From Neophaeotheca triangularis (taxonomy: Eukaryota): DNA of 64,000 nt. The notes under the pieces were generated by a model, which saw nothing but the letters and a program-made list of their open reading frames with translations, searched no databases and was not told where the DNA came from. The translations under genes were made by a program, and so were the position numbers. This document shows, in pieces, positions 21,342-34,096 of this stretch. Every line of letters starts with the position of its first letter. Positions within the stretch are counted from its first letter, which is position 1. The DNA lies in NCBI GenBank assembly GCA_054600435.1, contig BAAIJX010000022.1, positions 310,001 through 374,000 of the forward strand. Reading direction: 5' to 3'.

Positions 21342-23613
21342 TCAATTCTGCCGCGAATACGGCTTATTCATGGCAGCGATCTCGCGCGCAATGTTCGGCC
21401 ACTCGAGTTCACGACGCAGAGGTTTGCCTCGGCGCTGGCACTGGTGTTCTTCCCACTTGAGGAGTTCGTATCTGGGCAGATCGACGAGCGTTAGCAAGAG
21501 GCTTGAGGTAGGTTAGGAGTGGCGAGACTTACGAGAAGCGCAGGTGCGGCTGGATGATTACGTTCAGGCGTCTGGCGCGCACGTAGCAGTAGGCGCGAGG
21601 AAATGATAAGCCCAGCTCGTTCATTATCTCAGCGATGCAGATTGTCGCGGAGCGCGAAACGCCCACTCGGCAGTGCACAAGAGTTGCCGTGCCCTTTTCG
21701 CGGCCGTTGCCTTGTCGCGGGTCAGCTTTGAATTTGTATGGTGGGTGCGAAGATGACTTACTGATAAACTCTAAGCACCTCCCGAAGTCCTCAGTAAGAG
21801 GGTCTACGCCGTTATCCTGGACCTTATCCACGAACATGAGGTTTTCTCCCGGCCATGACTCCTCATCCTTCCTGCTCCAGCTTATCGGCTCGCCGACGCT
21901 CAGAATTTGGCCGATACCAAGCTCACGCAGCAAGTCTGGGTTGTTGGCATGGCCGAGGTTCCCAAGATACATGTACGGAGTGATCCTGCTAGGCAAACTA
22001 CCATCCATCTTCTCGAGCCAACTTGGCGATGGCGGACACAGCTGCTGAATCTCTCCCGTATGTTTTGGGGAAGCTTGCAAAATTCGTGGCTGGATCGCTC
22101 GCAAGAGAGCAACATCCGTGCCGTACGCGAAGAAGTTTCTTCCCTTTTGGCAATGCATCTGAATCCATGCTTCATGCACGGGTACGCACTCGGCGTACAT
22201 ATAGTATGCAAGGGCCAGCAACGATGTCTCAGTGTAGCCGTCTGTGCAATGCATCAAAATCTTCCGACCGGCGGAAGATGCGTTGTAGCCTTCGCCCATG
22301 ATACTGTCGCCATCTCCATCCGAGGACGAAGTTAGCGAAAGTTTGCTATCCCGGCGCTTCTTTTCGTCAACACCATGCGCTTTGCGATAAATCCATTCGC
22401 AAGCTTCCATAAGACCATCCACCTCCGTCGGTGACCAAGTCGGAGGCATAATCGCGCCGGAGCCGGGGAATTCAAGCTGCGGAATCACGTCTTCACCCAA
22501 AGTTTTTGAATCTTGACGTGCCAGCATCTCGTCCAGAAACTTGTAAGCTTTCAATTCGGGAATGTGAGCCAAGTCGCTCGCCTCAATCATCAAGTCGTAC
22601 GCCGTCGACGGAGCACAGGGATCGTCGGAACCCGGATCGAGGCTTGGATCCGGAGTTGGTCCTAGCCAAACGTTATGCGAGATTTCCGTGGCAGCCGACA
22701 TGGTGCACATCTCTAGGCGTTCCCAGTGGAAAAAGTCCATGGTTTTGCCTGTCAGGCAGCCCTGAGAGTCAAGAGCAACCAGATCGGGGTGATCGCACTC
22801 AACAGTTTCGTAATCGTCCGAGAGCACAAAAGTGCCAAAGAGTCGCTCCTCGGGTTCCTGTCCCTCTGCCTTGGTCTGCCACGCCAATTGCGCCTGCGAG
22901 ATGTGACGAGCGAGCTTCAAAACTTCGCTGCGCGGTGTCTGCTGGTCACCATACACCACCACATCGCTAACGGTGGCCAGCTTGCAAGCTTGTATCTGGA
23001 AGTTCCTGACGCCGAATCCATCCTTGGGGTCGGCCTCCAAAAAGCAGCCTTGGTCCGCGCTCTTCCCGCCGGCGTCATACCCTAGCAGCTCTTCGGGTGC
23101 GATGGCGCCTTTGAGTTTACTGTGGGAAAGATCTCCCCCGGCTTTGACAATGGTCAGACCTCTGATGCATCGCGGCGTCTTCCTGAGAGCTTTGCGGCGG
23201 GCGACGAAGAACGCGAGCTGCAGCTGGTTCTCGGCGTGCAGACCGTGTAACCAGGGAAAGACCTGTTTCGCAGAAGGCAAAGGCTGGGTCGCAAGGTGCT
23301 CCACAGCTTCGGATAGCTGGGCTGCGGTGAGAGAGTAGACTGGCTCCAGCTCCGAGAGTCGTTGGTAAGCATGGGGTGGGTGGAGGATGGAGTGAGTGGT
23401 GACGTCCGGGGAAGGTGATGGTGGAGAGGCTGGCGGGGTGTCGGGTTGTTGCTGCCGGTCGTTGGGGTTAGGCCCTGGAGAGCATACGGGTATGTGTTTG
23501 TTCGGTATGGCGGTTGGAGTGCCGCGTTGGGACGTGTTGATGGAGAGTTGTGGAGGTGGAGTCGAGCTGCGGGCCGGTAGGGACGTTGGAGTGCGTGTGC
23601 ACACGGCTGCCAT
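21342..23613 (-). CDS. PPS1: Dual-specificity protein phosphatase PPS1-like
   Basis: FPWLHGL; first motif HCTDGYTET; catalytic HCRVGVSRSA. Introns 21761-21711 and about 21532-21473; last exon YELLKWEE...KPYSRQN*. Confidence 0.9.
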
Positions 23614-25283
23614 TACATTGGCGTCTGGATGAGATAGATCAATTGGGGGTCGATATTACTAGGTATTCTTTTTCGAATGCGACGTCGATGGCGACGAGAG
23701 GCAAGGGGAGGATAATGTAGGTAGTTAAGCACGCCTTTCCCAATGCCTGCCGGTTCTCCCGACGGGTTGTGTGAGGTGATTCGTAAGTGGAGCGCGAGAT
23801 TCGAGGTGGGGTGATTGGAATGTCGGCCCAAGTTTGTCGCGTTTCAGATTGTTATCTCGGATGATTGCTGGGAGCAAAACAAACAGTTACAGGGCAGATG
23901 GAAAGTGCAATTTCAAAGTGTCAAGAGTGGCAGGGTGTGCAATGAAGTCTCTTAAAAGGTGAGGTGGTGGATGTTGGCGAGGTTGAACAGAGACGGAGAG
24001 TAGTGCGACGACAAGAGGTGCAGTGGGCAGGTACAGCACAGTACAGTACATACCGTACCTCTAGTGTCCATGGATGCCATGTACTGTACACCTTTTTTCC
24101 CCACACCTCACTCAGATAAGTGCCTCGACCTCGACCAAGACGGTTAGGAGTGGGACAGAGCTAATGCAAGCCTCTCTTTCCAGGCTTGAGAGACGGGACT
24201 ACTTATGTACTTACTGTATGTACTCTTGTACTCATCTACTCATCTACTCATCTACCTTGGAGCTCCCTGCAGCCTCGCGTGCCTCTCTAGCAAAAAGCTG
24301 GGCTGCGCACGAGGCTCCAACGCTGTAAGTTAACAATAGTTAAATCACTATAGAACTACTAGTAGCAGTAGATTGTGTTGCTAACGACGGTTGATGATTG
24401 ATGATCAGACTAATTATCCCGAGAGACGATCAGTCTGGGGAAGATTGGCAAAAGGTCCACGTACACCTCCACCTCCAACATCCATCATCATCCATTCGGA
24501 CCATTCGGACCCTTCCACCCATTCCTCGGGAATAACCAGACAAGAACAATACCTACAAACCAATGCCTCTCCAAAACCCACGACTCTGTTTCCCGCAACC
24601 GCAACACCCAAGTTTCGCTACCATTGCAACCCCCCTCTCCTCACCAACGAGACCACACGACCAAGCCAATCTACCGTAACTTATTACTACCATCCTGCCC
24701 GCTTCTTATCGCTCGACCACTAAGAGAAAAGAAACCCAATACCTAGCTACTCACGCAGCAAGACCCAAGACCCAAGACCTTTTAGACCTCAGACGGTACC
24801 TATAGATGGTCAGACCCCTCCACACCTCGTGGCATGGCCGCTAGCTAGCCGGACCTCAACCGCTCCCTCCCAAAGCCTAATTAAAACATAAAATAAAAAA
24901 AAGCCCTACTTCTTCAACAACACAACGGGCACACCTTACATAGTATAAAATACCAACAACACGAACATAGAACTCTCACCTAGCAACACCTAACAAAATA
25001 CAACCCAGACCCAGCTCGCCCCCTCCAAACATCCAAACCCGCACAGAGCAGTCCCATAATACCCCCTCGGACAACTGCCCCCATCCCCAGAGCTTGCTCC
25101 CGAACATACATGGAAAGATCCAAGATGCCGTCCCAGCAACTAGAGCAAAGGAAAGCAGAGCAAGTGACAGCGCTCCGGGACTCGCTCGCTATCCGCTACC
25201 CTTGTTCGTCGAAGCTTTCACCCGCGTGGGAGCTCACGGGGCACACGTCTTTGGCTTGAGAGTAATTACATGTGTATCTGTGT

Positions 25284-25341
25284 GTATGTATGTATGTATG
25301 TATGTATGTATGTATGTATGTATGTATGTATGTATGTATGT
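25284..25341. repeat. (TATG)n tetranucleotide microsatellite
   Basis: About 14 perfect tatg units. Confidence 0.95.
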
Positions 25342-25964
25342 GGGGACCTGCTGGGCTGGGCTGGGCTGGCTGGCTGGACGCTCGTGGCTCATGGCTCTTG
25401 TGCTTGATTATGTATTGTTGCCGCGAGCCGAGCTGTGCCGCGATTACATAGGCGCCTACTTTACCTAAGGTGCCTTGTATCGGGCTCGAATCATTGATAT
25501 GTAGGTGAATGGGCATTTTCTGGGGAAGCTCGAGCAAGCTGGGTGCGGGGGAAGGGCGGTCTAGAATTTCCTTCATCTCTGGCCCCGGCGGGTTCTGGGT
25601 TGGAGGTTGGTGGTCAATGTATCCAAGTACCTTTATGTAGATGGTCTGTAGGCTTTCTCAACAAGCGGGTAGAGTTGCTGTTGATGAGAGAGGGCGCTGG
25701 GGGTCCTTGCTCTTGGTGAAATGGCAGCAGTTTGTGTCGCGGATCTATGCGATGGGAGGGAATGGGTGTGTGAGATAGGCGTGATGGATTCTCGCGAAGT
25801 TTGAGAAGATGCATCTTTCGAATACACACTCCTGGTTCAGTAGTAGTGCAGCGGCGACCATTACGCACACCACCTCATCAACCGTCCCCCCAACCCGCCG
25901 TCATAGCCGCGAAAAACCCCAATCCCAGACCCCCCAAAACCACCCCCTTCCCTTCCCCACTCTC

Positions 25965-28900
25965 TCAAACAACCCCCCTCGCCTTCCCCACAAGCTCCAG
26001 CCCCAACCTCTCGAGATAAAACCTCGCGGCCACGCCATCAACCCCATCAAAAGCCTTGCAAATCTTGTCCACATCCTTGCGCCCCTTCTCATAAGCCGCC
26101 AGATCCCTATTGCCATAGACATCCCTGCCGGCCGCATACCCTTGCTCCCAAGAGCGGAAAAAGACATTCACAGCCACGCTCAGGCCTTCGGTCGGGTGCG
26201 CCGTGTGCAGCCATAGCGGTGGGATGAAGAGGACGTCGCCCGGGTTGAGGAGGGCTTCGTGGGGGGTTGTGTGGGCGGTTTGTTCTGTGGGGAGGTCGTT
26301 GGGGGTTTGGGGGGCGAAGAGGTTGAGGGAGGAGCTTGAGGCGCCCGGTTCGAAACCAAGGTGTGCGATGTCGGTGGGGGGGAAGAGGAGGAGGCGTTTG
26401 TGGCCGCGGATTTGGCAGAGGATGTTGGCCATGACGTCGTAGTGGAGCCACATGTTTACTGGGCCTGAGATGCGGAGGGGGGAGCTGTGGGCGTTGTCGG
26501 TGGCGTGGGAGAGTTGGGGTGGGAGTTGGAAGTCTGGGGCTAGGGAGGGGAAGTCGGTGGCGAGATTGGTAGGTTTGCCGCTTGGGGCGTCGTAGGAGAG
26601 GGCGCGGAGGTAGAGTTTTTCGCGATTTGAGACTCGATCGAGAAAGTCGGAGGCTGTGATTGTGCTGTAGGAGAAGTTTTTGTTTTGGAAGTCCATGGTC
26701 TCGTCGTGGGCTTCGTGGACTACTACTTTGCGTTCTGGGCCTATGGCTTCTTTGAGGTAGGGGAGAGACCATTTCTCCTTGCAGGGACCGAGATTGGCAT
26801 TGGTGAAGATGATGGGCTGGCCTGCTTGGACGTAGGCCTCGAACTCGAGATTCCCGGGATCGTTGATATCGAGTCTTGGTATCGATTTTGGGCGTAGCCG
26901 GTTGCTTTCGCAGCCTGGAGTTTCTGCTTCTATCGTTGTGGGTTCATGAGCAGCCTTTGGCGGCGCCTTCGAAATCTTTGGGGTATCATTTGACCTGAAC
27001 TGCCAATCTGAAATGCCCTCAACCTTCCGCCTCCATGTCAAAAAACAGCTATCGTTCCAATAAGTGCCGAACGAAAAGCAAGTCGCGCCCCCGCCTAGCA
27101 CTAAAACGCCATCTTTGGTCGGTACGAGATTGAAGCCCACTAGTAACGGTCTTGGAGTGTCAGGGTCCAACGGGTACGGGTTCTTCTTCTCGAGGTTCAG
27201 AAACTCTTCGTCTCTAGTGAGCATCCGTCCTTGGGCGATGCCTCCAACGAGCTGCAAATCATTGTATGGAAAATGTTGGCCAAACCGAGCGCATTGCGCT
27301 CCGAATCGAGCAACTCGGTAGGTCTCTTTTGAAGGCTGGGGCGGGTCGACAGGCGTCCACTCGATTTCCATCGTTTCTTCGTAGATTTCACAACTCCAAA
27401 CATCTTGATGGATGGTGCCATCATCCGCCATGCCTCCGCACATAATGTACCTGGCAGTTTCACGTTTGTCTTCCTGGTCAGGATTAGAGTACACAACGGC
27501 GCCGAACCGAGGTGCTGGCAGTGTGGAGCCCTTTGGCTTCAGCGGCTGCCACCCACGATCTCGTCGCCAAAGAATTGGCTCGAGAAGGACTTCGCCACTG
27601 CTGGTTTTTCCACCAACGACTAGGACGCTCGCTGTGCCGCAACGAATGGCGCAGTGCCGATATCTACCTTGAGGCAGAGACTCAGTCTTTTGCCACTGGT
27701 CGCCGCTCAAATGCCAGCAATCGGAACTGGCCTTTTCGGGCGAAGTGCGACCGCCTACAAGTAAATGAGTGCTCGGGCCGGACTTAGTGATGGTGTGACA
27801 CATTAACCCTGTTCGCAAAGGCGGCCCTGCGAAGCCGTCGTAGCGATCCTCGCGACTGTAAATGTCGCATGTCGTAAGGCGCTCTTTGGTGCCCTGACCA
27901 GCATGAAGGGCAGCGCTATCATGGCTCCAGCCATCCCTGTCCATGAACAGCGCCGCGAATCGACGATGAGACTTGCGGTTTGGTAGAGGATAGCAAGGCA
28001 AGGTAGGCCGTTGTTGGCACTTTATCGGGGTTTCATTATGCAAGGCCACAGCAGTCAAGCTTGAAGAAGCGGGAGTCATTGTGCCATTGGGAGCCTCATC
28101 TCCACACTCGATGCAGTCCATACCAGGTCTCTTGGTGGCCACCAGCAGGAAGTAGTGTGAGCCAAAGAGTGCAAATTCCTCCCATTCGTCGAAGGGCTCG
28201 ACCTTGTCAAGGCTGCGTCGCTCGTCAGGGGCAAGGAAGCTATTGTCTGACCAGAGAGCCCAAAGACTGCGAATATCGACTCCTTGATCAGGGAAGCCGG
28301 CGTTGATGAATCTCAGCTTCATCTCGTCCATAGTACCAATAGCATGCAGCGGTGTACGCAGCTTTTCGAAATGCTTCAACATCGTTTGGGCAAACGGGTG
28401 ATCTGCCCCATCTGGCAGATGCTGTTCGAGTAAGCAGAATTGAACGTCGTCGTAGCTAGCAGCCCACTCGAAGACAGCATCGGAGGCGTCCTTTTTCATG
28501 TATGCCGTAGAGACTTCGGCAACAAAAAGTATAGCAACTTTGCACTCAGACATCTGGAATTGATCTTCAAGAATTATACGTAGAAGGTCGAGATCGCGCA
28601 AATCGCAGCCGACAGGGACATAGTTCGTGCTCGTTGCGAGGACGCCGTGTTTCTGCTCTGTACGCTTGAAGCCAGGCACAAGGGAAGTCAGTTGCTCAGT
28701 CTGCTCGATCATGGAGACTTTCTTTTGCATGAGCTGCGCATAGTCGACATCAACAAAAACGGCGCCTTCGCACATGGCCGGTCGCTTCCCAAAGAAAAGC
28801 CATGGTAAAGGGTCGCTTTAAACATGTCAGTTTCTCTTCCAGGACAGCGTTAACGATGACCTACACCTACAATCCACATCCGAGATTCACCACAACTTTC

Positions 28901-29145
28901 TTCTTGTCAGTCTCCTGCTGGAGGAATCTCTCGACAGTCGTCTCGACGGCTTTCATGCGTAGCCAGTATCCACGGTTGATGAGTGGCGATCGGCGTTTAA
29001 ACTTATTGACGAAGTAGCGAAAGTACTCAGGCTCGTCGGACCAATAGAGCTTTTCTACAGACCGTTTCGAGACAATGGATGAGTTGTTCGTATCCATGAT
29101 GAAATCGTCCGTGGTCTGGCTCTGGGCTTTGCTCGGGGACATCAT
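25965..29145 (-). CDS. PPM2: tRNA wybutosine-synthesizing protein 4 / leucine carboxyl methyltransferase 2 with Kelch repeats and C-terminal JmjC domain
   Basis: TNNSSIVSKRSVE, RRSPLINRGYWLR, NLGCG|FDPLPW across intron 28870-28816, VEPFDEWEEF, Kelch GG repeats, JmjC WLHYD...PPLWLH. Start uncertain (29142, 29145 or 29211). Confidence 0.92.
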
Positions 29146-29783
29146 CTTGGGCTGCTTGCTGCGCTTCGGAAGCGGGTTTTGGAAAGCCTGGATAGTATCG
29201 TTTTCGAACATTTTGACGAGAAGTGCTGTAGATACTTATGAGGGTCTGCTTGTAAATGTGCAGATGCGCTCTACAGGGCAGTGCGGATAGGCTCCGGGGT
29301 AGACAGCACCCTGAATAGGAATGGCAATGACACCTCGATCTCGCTACGGTCAGTTGATCATGCTAGACAGTGCTCAAGTCTCACAGAAACGAAGAAGTTG
29401 GAGTAGAAGTGACCACGACGAGGCTGATGACCTGAGATTTGAAATCTTCAAGACTCAGCCCGTCGATAATCGATATGTCGCAAGATAAGGTTAAGGTGTG
29501 CTCTGAGCTCAACGGGCCGAGCCTCCGATGTGCCTTATAGTACGTTGGAGCTCTGACATGCACCTCCAAAAGCTTCCACCTAGAAGGTTTACTTTACAAC
29601 ACAAACCTCCTTCACCTGAGCAGCACCTCCACACGCGTACCAAAAAGTCACAGCCGCTCCATAGATATACGGGCAAAGCCTTGTCGTTCTAGAGGGGCGT
29701 TCTATAGCTAAGGCCCGTTAAAGACAAGCTGCTGGCATCATTGGGAGGAGAACGAAGCACCTACAGGCTGCGCGACCACCAAC

Positions 29784-31206
29784 ATGGCCAGTCTGAATTA
29801 CGTCTCGTTCAACCAAGATCACAGCCAACTCTCTGTCGCTACTAGTCGCGGCCTCCGTCTCTACAATGTCGATCCCTGGGACCTCACAACACACACCTAC
29901 GAAGAGGATATCTCCCTTGTCGAGCAGCTCTTTTCCACCTCTCTGGTCGCGATAATCCTCACACCCCGTCTCCTGCGCATCATCAACACCAAACGCCATT
30001 CGACAATATGCGAACTCAGCTTCCACAGCATGGTCGTCGCCATCAAGATGAATCGCAAGCGACTGGTCGTTGTATCCGAGGAGGCAGTCTACATCTACGA
30101 TATTAGCAATATGAAGATGGTCCACACTCAACTCATACCCTCGAACCCATACGGCATCTGCGCCTTGTCAGCGAGCTCTGAGCGCAACTACCTCGCCCTG
30201 CCACATTACCAAAAGTCTGCGCCAAACCCACAAACCCAGACTACACACGTCCCAAAATCAGTCACACGCGAAGCCATCAGCGGAGATGTACTGCTCTACG
30301 ACGTCAACAACCTTGAAGAAGTCACCGTAATACCCGCACACCAAACACCCCTCTCCTGCATAGCCATCAACAGCGAAGGCACACTCCTGGCAACCGCCTC
30401 AGAAAAAGGCACCGTAATCCGCATCTTTTCCCTCCCGGACAGCAAAACGCTGCACCAATTCCGCCGTGGCAGCATGCCCGCACGAATCTACAGCATGTCC
30501 TTCAACGCCACCTCGACCCTCCTCGTAGTCTCCTCAGCAACGGAAACCGTCCACGTCTTCAAACTCACGGGCCCTGGCGCAACGAATTCCACCCAGCAAA
30601 CTCCCCGCCCCTCCTCTCACGACACCGGCGCCTCCTCCCCTTCCTCCCCTCACGGCCGCAGCACTTCCGGCTCCAGCTTCTCCCGCGACCGCAGCACAAG
30701 CCCCTCAACTTCCGATCCAGACCCCTACTCCCCCTCGTCCCCACCCAGCGATCCGGACCCCCCGGTCCCTACAAAAGCGCCCCGCAACCCCGGCCTCATG
30801 TCTATGATGCGCCGCACCTCGCAAAACGTCAGCACTTCGCTAGTATCGCGCGCCGCCGGCTACCTCCCCAGCAGCGTGACGGAAATGTGGGAACCGCAAC
30901 GCGACTTCGCGTGGGTGCGAGTTCCGCGCAGCAACGCCACGGGGCAGCCTGCTCGATGCGTGGTCGCCATGGGGAACAATAGCCCACAAGTCATGGTAGC
31001 GACGAACGAGGGGGATTTCTACGTCTACAGCGTGGATCTGGAGAAAGGTGGCGAGGGAACGCTCGTGCGGCATTATGAGTGAGTTTTTGGCTCCTCCCTA
31101 CTACTTGCAAAAAACCAACGGGGCGGTTTCAGCTAACTAGCGGCCGTGTGTCTACAGCGATATCCACGGCCTCCAACACCGCCGCATGCAGGACGGTGAA
31201 GACTGA
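29784..31206 (+). CDS. ATG18: Autophagy-related protein 18 (WIPI/PROPPIN)
   Basis: SFNQD, EQLFSTSLVA, ATASEKGTVIRIF, FRRG lipid-binding motif; intron 31079-31157. Confidence 0.96.
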
Positions 31207-32054
31207 TACCCCTGCCTCCTCCCAACCAGCCGGCCAGCAGGCTTAGACTCCCGCGACTCTGTGTCCCAGCTGGCTGGATAGACTTGTTCATTCGTCTCCC
31301 TTCTGCCATTTGCCCCCCGCTAACTTGCCTCTCTCGAATCCAAAGACTTAATCGGCGACGACTCGTCTTCAGGCGAAAGCTGGGTCGCCGTTTCCCGCTA
31401 GTGAAGCTGCAGTTTTAGAGCAGACTGGATGGGACATGGGTGGGCTTTTGTTGCTTCGCAGCGTCGAACAAGGAGCACGAGTATGTATATTTTCGTGGGC
31501 GGTTTGTTGGGGTAGGCGGGTCGTGTGTTTGCGGGTTTTAGCGATGGGTGTTTTTGGAGTAAATCGGTCTTTGAGGGGGACTGCTTTGGTCAAGAAGTAA
31601 AATCTGACCATGGATGGATGATGCCGCTGCGAATTTTTGACGGCGAAGGATCCAATGCACTGCTTTGATGCGTTTGCGACGCGACCCTTTTCAATCAAGT
31701 ACCTGGTCAAAAGGGTGGAAAGACACTCGAGAGCTGAGCTGCTCTCTGGCAGATTTCGAATAGAGGACTCAACAAATTCAAAGTTCTCTCGCTTCACTAC
31801 GCTTCGCTAATAAATTTCTACCCCACAAATCTCGAATATCTCCATCGCGCACGCACTTTCGTGCCGGGACAAAGCGGTATAAGAAAAGGTTAAAAAAAAA
31901 AAAAAAAGTCCATCAACTGACAGGGAGAAAGATCATCGAATTGACGAGGTCGAAAGGGGTGAGTAAATAGACGCCCGGCGCCCGCCACATTTTTCGTTCC
32001 TTCTTGGCCAGCTCTCGCTGCCGGAAATGGTTCCAAGTCCGCGAGGCATTCACT

Positions 32055-33006
32055 CTACCATTCCTTCTTGATGTCGAAAGACCATTTGAACTGCAAGTGG
32101 GTTTGATTGTCGTCGTCGACGAATTTGGAAACGGCTTCGTAGTGCCCGCGGCCTACCATGCCTGAGGGGGCGGTTTCGGACTCGACTGCAAGGGGAGAGG
32201 GTCAGTACATAGCTCTTTCTTTTCGGGTCTGCTCGAGGCGGCAGAGGAGTGTGGAACGTACACTTCTTCTCGTACTCGGGTTTGTCGGTGGTATTGGGGG
32301 AGTAGGAGCCCTGAGAACAGTAAATTAGTAACAAAGCCAGGCGATCATGATACGTCAGGAATTCAGGAATCACCCACAATCATCTCCTGCATCTTGTTCT
32401 TCATGCCCATCCTACTAACCACCTGCACGTACTTGAGCCCGCTCAGGATCTGGTGCTGCACCCTGAAGCGCGCTTTCATGCGGAACGTGGCGCCTTCTTT
32501 GATCGTGAAGGGTTTCTTGTTGAGAGTCTCGAGCGAGTCCGGGGCCGTGAGGTCGATGACGATGTCTTCGCGGCCTTCGACTTCGAGACCTAGCGAGAGG
32601 ATGATGACTTTGCGCGAGTCGTTGGGGTCGCCAATCGGGGTCCCTGTGCCTAGGCCTAGGGATTCTTTCCATTTTTTGAGGGACTCGTCTTGGGCGTCTG
32701 TGGAGGCGAGTTAGCTTGTGTGTCGGCTCGGTTGGATGTGGGTGGCGTGGGGAAGTAGTCGAGGTGAGATGAGGCAAATGGTGGGGGTTGAGGCGGTGAA
32801 GGGGGGATGTCGAAGATTTAACGGCAATGGTTCGTAAATGCTTGGTAATTAAGACCAAGGGCGAGGAATGGCTGCCAAAGTCGTGAACAGGACACGGCAT
32901 GTCCATGCATACCTAGTTGTTGGTACTCGTCAATCGTCTTCTTCTCACCGACCTTGAAGCCCTCGGTTTGCTCGGGCTCGAGCTCATCCGCGTTGGGTGC
33001 CGACAT
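32055..33006 (-). CDS. RDI1: Rho GDP-dissociation inhibitor
   Basis: Exons 33006-32913, 32697-32378, 32310-32262, 32185-32055. Motifs DESLKKWKESLGL, FTIKEG, GSYSPN, APSGM, FVDDD, WSFDIKKEW. Confidence 0.96.
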
Positions 33007-34096
33007 GGTTGTTTGAACGACCGACTTCCGTGTCAAGTTCTTTTGGTAAAGTATGTCAGTGTCGAGATGGTGCACAATTCTCACGACGCGTCAAACCAAG
33101 GAAATATGTATGGTGAGGAAAGGTGAAGAAGGCGGCTTGAGGGAGAGTAGTGAGAGAATGAAGTGTTTCAGATGGACATGTACTGACTGGATGTTTGCGC
33201 AGCCATGCCAACGCTTCGACATGCCCCACTAGAATGCTGATCGAGACCCCTCCATCTTCTCTTCTGTCGGGCACCTTCATCAATCAATAATAATACCTAC
33301 CTCTACTATAGTTAGTACCAAGACGCCGACAGTGCCGATTCGTCGAGAAGACACGGGCATCCTTGATTGGAACACTCGAGCGATACGACACGAAATATTT
33401 GGTGGGATAACAGGAGGAATTTAAAGCAGGGAACGCAGCAACAACAACAGCAACAATAACAAACGCCTCGTCTTCCTGCATAGCAAGATGAATTAGTCGG
33501 TGCCTGTGCTCACCGCCATATAGCAGCAGCATGGCTCGATCAAAGAGTGGAGAGTAGAACAGCACTGTCGTGGCTCGTCCATCTCTAGAGGATGCTCACT
33601 GTCTGTCTGTGATGCACAGCTTCTAGGCAATGGCCTGCCATGAGCGACTAGGCATAGCTCCAGTCTATCTTAGTTATTACTTCCACTTGCCTTTCCGACT
33701 TTTGTGATTGACATGACGTGGCCAGCCACCTCCATTTACCTTATCCCGTCATAACGTTCGCATTGGTATATGCCAAGCCCAATCCGCTGGGGATCTCGAA
33801 CTCTGATGCCGGACGCGACCACAGTGCATCCTCTCTCGTCTGCCACCCCACCCACCTCTCCATCTCTGCCATCTTCCGCCCATTATTGCAATACGACATC
33901 TCCCTTGCATCTCAATAGTATTCCTCCGTCCACGCGACCGTATTGCGCTTGCCTGTGATCCACAGCCGTCACTCCAACATCTCGACGTGTGATAGGCGCG
34001 CCACAGCTTCCCATCGAGCAAGCTTTCATCACAAGAGTCGCGTACTCCGAGTCGACACCTTGCCATTGCGCGCATCTTCCTTGGTCTTCTCTCGCC

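Noticed and set aside
22220..22260. Degenerate first phosphatase motif HCTDGYTET in PPS1
   Set aside because: Typical of fungal Pps1 proteins as I recall them; not a sign of pseudogenisation
25094..25576. ORFs with CMYV / HTYI repeats
   Set aside because: Translations of the (TATG)n microsatellite
23614..25964. 2.3-kb gene-free region as a transposon relic or ncRNA
   Set aside because: No TIR, LTR, transposase remnant, strongly RIP-like composition or tRNA boxes seen; consistent with a long promoter or UTR
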